Positions 59,101-64,000 of a stretch of 64,000 nucleotides of DNA are shown in pieces (the stretch's first letter is position 1; every line of letters starts with the position of its first letter). The DNA lies in NCBI GenBank assembly GCA_045863855.1, contig BTVV01000026.1, positions 1-64,000 of the forward strand, in the 5' to 3' direction. Position numbers and translations under genes: made by a program. The notes below the pieces were generated by a model, which had not been told where the DNA came from, made no database searches, and was given only the letters and a program-made list of their open reading frames with translations. This DNA is from Planctomycetota bacterium (GTDB taxonomy: Bacteria > Planctomycetota > SZUA-567 > H5-PLA8).

Positions 59101-59181
59101 CTTCAGCGAGGAGGCGTTGGAGGTTGCGGCGGCGGGCTGGGCTTCGAGCACGCCGGCCGGATCGCCCACGTCATCGTGCAT
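56179..59181 (-). CDS. SNF2/SWI2-family helicase
   Basis: LADEMGLGKT, DEAH, LTGTPVQN, LRRLK, DHDWNP, QAQDRAYRIGQ. Confidence 0.93.
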   Translation of the reverse strand: MHDDVGDPAGVLEAQPAAATSNASSLKLELSLAEAWPWPGLVVRAAVNVNGQLLRLKLLQSEGERLICQGVKLAVDPVDALIVRTLRGMASSDGIAYRVERERFAAVLALLRQGSPSVRLRESTRVAMTLVLGEAPRPALTLENLGGDGPVRLRAAATWRNAETGAELGLPLARNSEWWSFDRAVTPAPDWSPEGPLGEAFERGEHVFEDRDAWALLEAAQRASASLDLRMPPELAVASAAAQAPRPVLEIEADPQSPEEVKAALRFEVTAAGTSAAETFSADELIEAATRGQAVIRKGTAYCRVDAETVKRARDAVKKIATANGSPDTFHARDEQVPALLDWARKQAIDTSNPWNVYVADAVEGAHSVADEPVDLRLRLGVEEEGSETWFTVDAEMSVEGQALSDQELRKLMVQRRQWLHYGKKWYRLDGELFKQFHRDAERSGLRRHGGNRYRFRPDERRKVEALFSLAGSVEHSDRYRSFLDGLHRFEGVEHTEQPAGLKVTLRPYQNQGYSWLRFLTKYGLNGILADEMGLGKTAQTLAMLSALREEQGPWPTLIVCPTSLVDNWRAEVRKVDPRMTVMRYTGSPSRRDQLRKRIAEHDLILTTYATARNDASLLKEEQWRYVILDEAHTIKNAAAATSKAIKTIPSRHRLALTGTPVQNRLEELWSLFDFLMPGYLGRYAHFFRSYEEPITKGRTPGATRQEFDQGQTSAETLRQRIGPFVLRRLKTEVAKDLPAKIEQDVPCYLTADQVALYKKFGVSEQAKRAVQEFEERGAGGAQTQILAALTMLRKICNHPDLVYVERDEKQKRFTPMPGYETRSGKLEALADLLDQCKAGGHRCLIFSQLTSMLDILEHFLGQRGESCLRLDGSTPGPSRQGLVDRFNADPSLLAFLISTRAGGTGLNLTGADTVIFYDHDWNPANDRQAQDRAYRIGQTRVVNVYKLVSQGTVEEKILARQALKRDLADTIVRADEQGFKDLDRDDLLSLFQYTQPEVS

Positions 59182-59353
59182 GGCGGGTCACGCGAATCCC
59201 TTGATCGAAGCTGCGACCGCGCGAGAGCCCCCGCCGGTACCCCTTGGGTATCGTCATCCCAGGCGTCGAATCGCAGTCAAAGTTGCGACGTGCATATGAC
59301 TGTTTTTCACAACTTCCGTCAATAGCGCGCGAAAAATTATATCGCTCGTCGCA

Positions 59354-60490
59354 TCACGCGTGAGCCGCCGCCGCAGGTTGCGCCTCCAGTTCCACGCGCT
59401 TGCGCGGACCTTGCGCGACCGCTTCGAAAATGCGCGTGATCTGCCACATATGGTCGATCGTTCCGAGCTTGGGCTGCCGGCGTTCGAGCGTCGCGCGCGC
59501 GAACTCGTTGATCTCGTCGTAGAAGCCCAGCAGGAAGAGTCCTTTGCTGTAGAGCTGCCCCAGGCTGAATTCGGGTTCCCAGTAGGCGCTCGTCTCGCCC
59601 GGCTTGCCGCAGAAGAAGTCGGGCGTGTTCCCGTACCCCTGCCCCGCCGGCTTCGGCGCGTTGCGGTGGTACCAGACGCGCAGCGAGTTCTCGACGACGA
59701 TCTGGCGGCCCTTGTCCCCCACCAGCATCACGCGCTCCATGCTCCCGTTCGTAGTGCCCGAGCAGTTGATCGAGAGCGACGCCAGCGCGCCACCGGGGAA
59801 GTTGAAAGTGATCATCGCCGACCCGTTCGCGCTGCGGTCGTAGTACAGCGCGTTGGGCATCCCCATCAGCATCACCAGCGCCGACGCCGGATGGCACAGG
59901 TGGTCGAGGAAGTGCGCGACGTTCCCCGCTTCGCCGCGGTGCATGAAGGCGTCGAACTCTTCCTGCGAAGGCATGCGCTCGTTGCGCTCCAGCAGCGCCA
60001 AGTTGACCTGCCCGAAATCGGGCTCGTTCGTCAGTTCCTTCGCTTTGCGGTAGGCCGGGACGAACATCTTCTTGAGCCCGCACATCACGAACGCGCCCGA
60101 TACTTCGGCCGCCGCGCGCATCAGTTCCACATCGGCGCACGTCGCCGCGGGCGGCTTCTCGATGAAGACATTTACGCCCGCGCGCAGGCATTCGGCGGCG
60201 ATTTTCGGGTATATCGGCCGGCCGCTCTTGTCCGCGCCCAGCACGATGAAGACCGCGTCGAGCTTCTCCTTCGCCAGCATCTCGCGGAAATCGCCGTATG
60301 CACGCTCCGCGCCGAACTTCTTCGCGAACGCCTGCGCCTTGGCCAGATCGAGGTCGCACGTCGCGATCAGATTCACCGGCGTGAACTGGAAGCACGGGAA
60401 GATATTCCGGAAGCCGTGCGAGCCGCAACCGATGAAGCCGGCGCGAATCTCCGGCTCGTCCACCACTCGACCCAGAAAATTGATACGCAT
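59354..60490 (-). CDS. Gfo/Idh/MocA family oxidoreductase
   Basis: GFIGCG, EKPPA, DHLCH; GAGGAG RBS. Confidence 0.9.
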   Translation of the reverse strand: MRINFLGRVVDEPEIRAGFIGCGSHGFRNIFPCFQFTPVNLIATCDLDLAKAQAFAKKFGAERAYGDFREMLAKEKLDAVFIVLGADKSGRPIYPKIAAECLRAGVNVFIEKPPAATCADVELMRAAAEVSGAFVMCGLKKMFVPAYRKAKELTNEPDFGQVNLALLERNERMPSQEEFDAFMHRGEAGNVAHFLDHLCHPASALVMLMGMPNALYYDRSANGSAMITFNFPGGALASLSINCSGTTNGSMERVMLVGDKGRQIVVENSLRVWYHRNAPKPAGQGYGNTPDFFCGKPGETSAYWEPEFSLGQLYSKGLFLLGFYDEINEFARATLERRQPKLGTIDHMWQITRIFEAVAQGPRKRVELEAQPAAAAHA

Positions 60491-60510
60491 GTTTCCGCTC
60501 CTCTTCGTGT

Positions 60511-61323
60511 TCAACGATCGTTACGGCTCGCGGCCACGCCGGCCGCCCGCGGCCAGGCCCGGTCGAGCCACACGCGCGCGTCGGCCACGGGATCGCCCGC
60601 GTGCGGCGCGTCGTGTACGTCGGCTATGGCGAACCCGTCGAAACCCGCACGGTCCAGCGCCTTGAAGAACGCGGCAAAGTCCACCGTGCCCGTTCCGGGG
60701 AACGCGAAGGCGCCGCCCCGTGCGTCCTTAAGGTGCACCGTATCGATGCGCCCCGCGAACTCGGTTGCGAAGGCCGCCGGATCGACGCCGCCCAGCGTCA
60801 AATGCGCGGTATCGGCCAGCAGCGCGCTGCTCACGCCGTCGAAGGCTTCCGCGAAGAGCCGGACCTCCTCCAGCGATTCCACCACGCCGCCGCGGTGCTG
60901 ATGCACGCTCAACCGCACCCCGGTCTCGCCGTGCAGGCTCCGCGCGAAGCCGGCGCACGCCCGCCCCGCCGCACGCAGCAGACCGGCCTCGGCTTTCGGC
61001 CCGCTCTCGGGGATCAGCATCAATGACGCGCACTTCGAGCGGCGTGCCTGTTCGGCGCATAGCCGCAGCTTTGCGTAAGAAGCCTGTCCGCGCTCCCCGT
61101 CGGCCCAATCTTGTAGCGCCGGATTCGCGCCCCACGTACACAGCACTTCCAAGCCGTGCGCGCGGAACAGTTCGCCCGCCGCTTCCCAGTTATCCCTCTG
61201 AGCGATGGTCCTGGCGATGGGCCCGGCAAGCTGCACGCCGCCGTAGCCCGCGGCTTTCAGCCGCCGCGCGGCGCGTTCGAGATCGGGCTCGTCCAACCCG
61301 CCCGCGTGATACCCGACGATCAT
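60511..61323 (-). CDS. Sugar phosphate isomerase/epimerase (xylose-isomerase-like TIM barrel, IolE-like)
   Basis: HQHRGG, DTAH, VHLKD, PGTGTVD. Confidence 0.8.
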   Translation of the reverse strand: MIVGYHAGGLDEPDLERAARRLKAAGYGGVQLAGPIARTIAQRDNWEAAGELFRAHGLEVLCTWGANPALQDWADGERGQASYAKLRLCAEQARRSKCASLMLIPESGPKAEAGLLRAAGRACAGFARSLHGETGVRLSVHQHRGGVVESLEEVRLFAEAFDGVSSALLADTAHLTLGGVDPAAFATEFAGRIDTVHLKDARGGAFAFPGTGTVDFAAFFKALDRAGFDGFAIADVHDAPHAGDPVADARVWLDRAWPRAAGVAASRNDR

Positions 61324-61337
61324 CGTGGCCGCTCCGC

Positions 61338-61727
61338 TTACTTCGAACCTTCGCCCAGCACTTCGGTCTCGCGGTCGCCCGCCGAGTACACGACGATCAT
61401 GTCCGCTTCTTCGGCGCTCACGACTTCGGCCTGGTGCACCAGCCCGCGCGCGATGCGGATGGTGTCGCCGGGCTCCAGCATCACCCACTTATCGCCGACG
61501 AGATGCTTCAGCTTTCCTTTAAGCAGGTACAGCAGCTCGTCGCAGTTCGGGTGCCGGTGCAGGATGTTGCGCTTGCCGGCCTGGATCGTCACCCGTGCCA
61601 TGCTCACCTCGGGCGACGTGCCGCTCTTGCCGTCGGCGAGGAACGTCAGCGTGCCCCAGCCGTAAGGCTCGCTGCGCGCGTCGGACTTCGGAATCACCGC
61701 GTACGTCGGTTCGGCCACGATGGACAT
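61338..61727 (-). CDS. Cupin domain protein
   Basis: HRHPNCDE...G and PGD...GLVH metal motifs; AGGAG RBS. Confidence 0.88.
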   Translation of the reverse strand: MSIVAEPTYAVIPKSDARSEPYGWGTLTFLADGKSGTSPEVSMARVTIQAGKRNILHRHPNCDELLYLLKGKLKHLVGDKWVMLEPGDTIRIARGLVHQAEVVSAEEADMIVVYSAGDRETEVLGEGSK

Positions 61728-61764
61728 GCTTCGTTCTCCTGCTTTCGTGTTGGGGTTGAACGCG

Positions 61765-62814
61765 TTATCTCGCCGCGCCGGCCACCGCCGGTTCGTGCGC
61801 GAAGACCTCCGGCCGCACCGGCTGTCCGGTCTCGACCGACTTCCGAATCGCCTCGTACAACGCCATGCTCTGCACCGATTCGTCGATCCGGCTCGCCACC
61901 GCTTCCGCCGGCGCCTTCCCGCGCAGATGCTGCACAAACGCTTCCAGCTCGGTCAGGAAGCCTGTCTCCTTCAGCGAGTCGCCGCCGGCCGTGCAGAAGC
62001 GCGGATGGTGCTCGTACTTCGGCTGATCCTCGACGTGGTACGACATGAAGATCTGGTCCTGAATCTCGATCGCGTGCCCGGGCTTGCCGAGGATCTCGAC
62101 GCGGTCGATGGGACGCTTGAACGTCCCGCGCGCCGACATCGTCAAGCCGCCGACGGCTCCCGACGCATACACGAGCGTGACCGCGAAGCTGTCGGTCCCC
62201 CGCCCCACGGCGTAGACCGACTGGACCGGGCCGCCCAGAAAGAGCGCCTCGTCGATCGGATGGATGCAGAAATCGAGCAGGAAGTGGTACTTCTGACCGG
62301 GCTTGTCGAGGTGCTGGATGCCGCCGGCCGTACGCAGGATATTCAGCGCCTGTAGCCCGCCGAATTCGGAGCTTTCCAGAATCTCCTTCGCCTTCACCAG
62401 CGCCGGCGCGTGGCGGTACTTGAAGGCCGTCATCCACAGCACATTGCTCTTGCGCGCCGCTTCGGCCAATTCCCACGCCTGCGCCGCCGAGGGCGCCGGC
62501 GGCTTCTCGGTGTAGAGCGGGTAGCCTTTCTCGAGAATGCGCTTGCCCAGCGCGTAATGCCCTTGCGGCCCGACGCAGACCACCACGCCGTCGGGCTTCG
62601 TCTCGTCGAGCATCTTCTCGAAATCGGCGTACACGGCTTCGCCGCCGTGGCGGCGCGCGTTGCGCCGCGCCTTCGCTTCGTCCAGATCGCAGACGCCCAC
62701 CAGACGCACCGGCAGACGCGGGAAGCACGGCCATATCCGGCTCGTCGCCAGGCCGCCGCAGCCGATCATGCACAGGCGGGTCAGGTTTTCTTCGTCCGGG
62801 GTCACGGCAGGCAT
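61765..62814 (-). CDS. Gfo/Idh/MocA family oxidoreductase
   Basis: IGCGG, EKPPA, DFCIH; AAGGAG RBS. Confidence 0.9.
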   Translation of the reverse strand: MPAVTPDEENLTRLCMIGCGGLATSRIWPCFPRLPVRLVGVCDLDEAKARRNARRHGGEAVYADFEKMLDETKPDGVVVCVGPQGHYALGKRILEKGYPLYTEKPPAPSAAQAWELAEAARKSNVLWMTAFKYRHAPALVKAKEILESSEFGGLQALNILRTAGGIQHLDKPGQKYHFLLDFCIHPIDEALFLGGPVQSVYAVGRGTDSFAVTLVYASGAVGGLTMSARGTFKRPIDRVEILGKPGHAIEIQDQIFMSYHVEDQPKYEHHPRFCTAGGDSLKETGFLTELEAFVQHLRGKAPAEAVASRIDESVQSMALYEAIRKSVETGQPVRPEVFAHEPAVAGAAR

Positions 62815-62858
62815 CGCACGCTCCTTAAGGTTGGTTTCCCAGAGATCGCTAACGCAGG

Positions 62859-63596
62859 CTACTTCGCCACGGCCAGCCCTAAACCTGTGGCCAGCACGAA
62901 GCGCGCCGCATCGAGATGGCGAACCACCTCGGCGGTGGGCAGTTCCTTCATTTCCAGTTCCACGCAGATCCGCCCCGCGTAGCCGTGGCTCGCGAGGTCT
63001 TGCAGAAACGCGTCGAGCGGCGAGACGCCGGTTCCGAACGGGACGCTCTTGCCTTGCGCGTCGAGGTCCTTGAGGTGCACCAGCTTCACCCACGGGCGGA
63101 AGCGCTCGAGCGCCTCCGCGGCGTCAATCCCCGCAGCCCAGAACTGTCCGGCCTCCAAGAGCACGCCCGGCGCATCGGGACCGCATGCTTTCAGGACCGC
63201 GGCGATATGCTCCGCCGATTCGATCGACTGGCCCTTGTGGTTGGTCACGACCACTTCAACGCCCAGTTCGCGCGCCAGCGCCACCGTCGGCGCCAGCCAG
63301 CGGTCGGCCTCGTGCGGAGCGCCGCCGCCGTGCGCGATCAGTTGAGGAACGCCCACGCGCGCCGCCAACCGCACCGCCTGCGCCGCACGCGGCAAATCGG
63401 GCGGCAAGTGGAAGGCCGATACGCCGACGCCGTGCCCGCGGAACGCTTCGGCAGGCTCCCCCGCCGGATCGTACTTGCTGGTCATGCCGGGGAAGAGTTC
63501 GACGTGCGCGTAGCCGGCCTGCGCCGCGGCTTGAAAGAGTTCGTCGCGAGTCAGCTTCTGCAGACAACAGGCACTCGTGGTCAGTTCGATGGACAT
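62859..63596 (-). CDS. Sugar phosphate isomerase/epimerase (TIM barrel)
   Basis: GYAHVEL, TNH, VHLKD, PFGTG, GYAGRICVE. Confidence 0.82.
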   Translation of the reverse strand: MSIELTTSACCLQKLTRDELFQAAAQAGYAHVELFPGMTSKYDPAGEPAEAFRGHGVGVSAFHLPPDLPRAAQAVRLAARVGVPQLIAHGGGAPHEADRWLAPTVALARELGVEVVVTNHKGQSIESAEHIAAVLKACGPDAPGVLLEAGQFWAAGIDAAEALERFRPWVKLVHLKDLDAQGKSVPFGTGVSPLDAFLQDLASHGYAGRICVELEMKELPTAEVVRHLDAARFVLATGLGLAVAK

Positions 63597-63624
63597 GGGT
63601 CGTACGCGCTCCAGGGAAAAGAGT

Positions 63625-64000
63625 TCAGGCTTCGCTCGCCGCGACCGCTTCGGCTGCCCGGCGCGCCGCGCGCGCCTGCTGAGCCGGCGGCGCACAGAAG
63701 ATCGCCACGAAGGTGACCGGGACATCTTTCGGGTACGGCGCGTGCGGCTTGCTCGCGTCGAAGTACAGGCTGTCGCCTTGCTTCAGGTGATACGTTTCGT
63801 CGCCGACGCGGTACTCGGTCTCGCCGGCCACCACGAAGATGAACTCTTCGCCCGGATGCTGAAAAGTCTTCTCGCGGTCCACGTCTTCGGGGCGCACCGT
63901 GATCAGAAACGGCTCCATCATTTTGAGCCGACGGCGAGCCGCGAGCGAGAGGTACTGGTAACCCGGTCCCGCTGCCGCGTTCGCGATCTCCAAGCGGTCT
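63625..64000 (-). CDS. Cupin-sensor (probably XRE-family) regulator, 5' end outside the window
   Basis: MEPFL, HPGEEFIFV, GDSLYFDASKPH. Confidence 0.75.
   Translation of the reverse strand, partial: DRLEIANAAAGPGYQYLSLAARRRLKMMEPFLITVRPEDVDREKTFQHPGEEFIFVVAGETEYRVGDETYHLKQGDSLYFDASKPHAPYPKDVPVTFVAIFCAPPAQQARAARRAAEAVAASEA

Noticed and set aside
56179..59181. SNF2 helicase as part of an anti-phage system (DISARM/Zorya-like)
   Set aside because: No methylase, nuclease or other defence genes adjacent
1..64000. CRISPR array, rRNA, tRNA, tmRNA, RNase P, SRP RNA
   Set aside because: No regularly spaced repeats or hallmark motifs seen in the intergenic regions read by eye

Overview
High-GC bacterial chromosomal segment with about 43 protein genes. 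It is most consistent with a deep-branching Planctomycetota/PVC organism (inference from a plant/chlamydial-type FabI, a eukaryote-type UDP-GlcNAc pyrophosphorylase, YdjY/HEAT proteins, FHA-DUF4388, a kinase-FGE fusion and sulfatases). Core genes are radA, nrdJ (class II RNR), ftsK, uppP, fabI, gpmI and a SNF2 helicase. These are interspersed with carbohydrate-active genes (GH16, CE15-like, beta-helix, two sulfatases, Gfo/Idh/MocA plus TIM-barrel operon). No rRNA, tRNA, CRISPR array, transposase, integrase or reverse transcriptase was recognised. Non-coding signals: a perfect parS palindrome (48776-48791); five consensus DnaA boxes, all intergenic (two upstream of nrdJ together with an NrdR-like box); a ~165-bp MITE that supplies the radA stop codon next to a dead SRAP/YedK gene, where + strand GC skew appears to flip; and two candidate structured RNAs (nrdJ 3' region; upstream of uppP-ftsK). 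Best candidates for undescribed systems: a squalene/phytoene synthase co-oriented with a DevBC-like exporter with a very long adaptor; a transmembrane pseudokinase with an active-kinase architectural twin; a phosphatase translationally coupled to UDP-GlcNAc pyrophosphorylase; and an origin-proximal cell-cycle hub. All family calls are by-eye motif recognition, not database hits.
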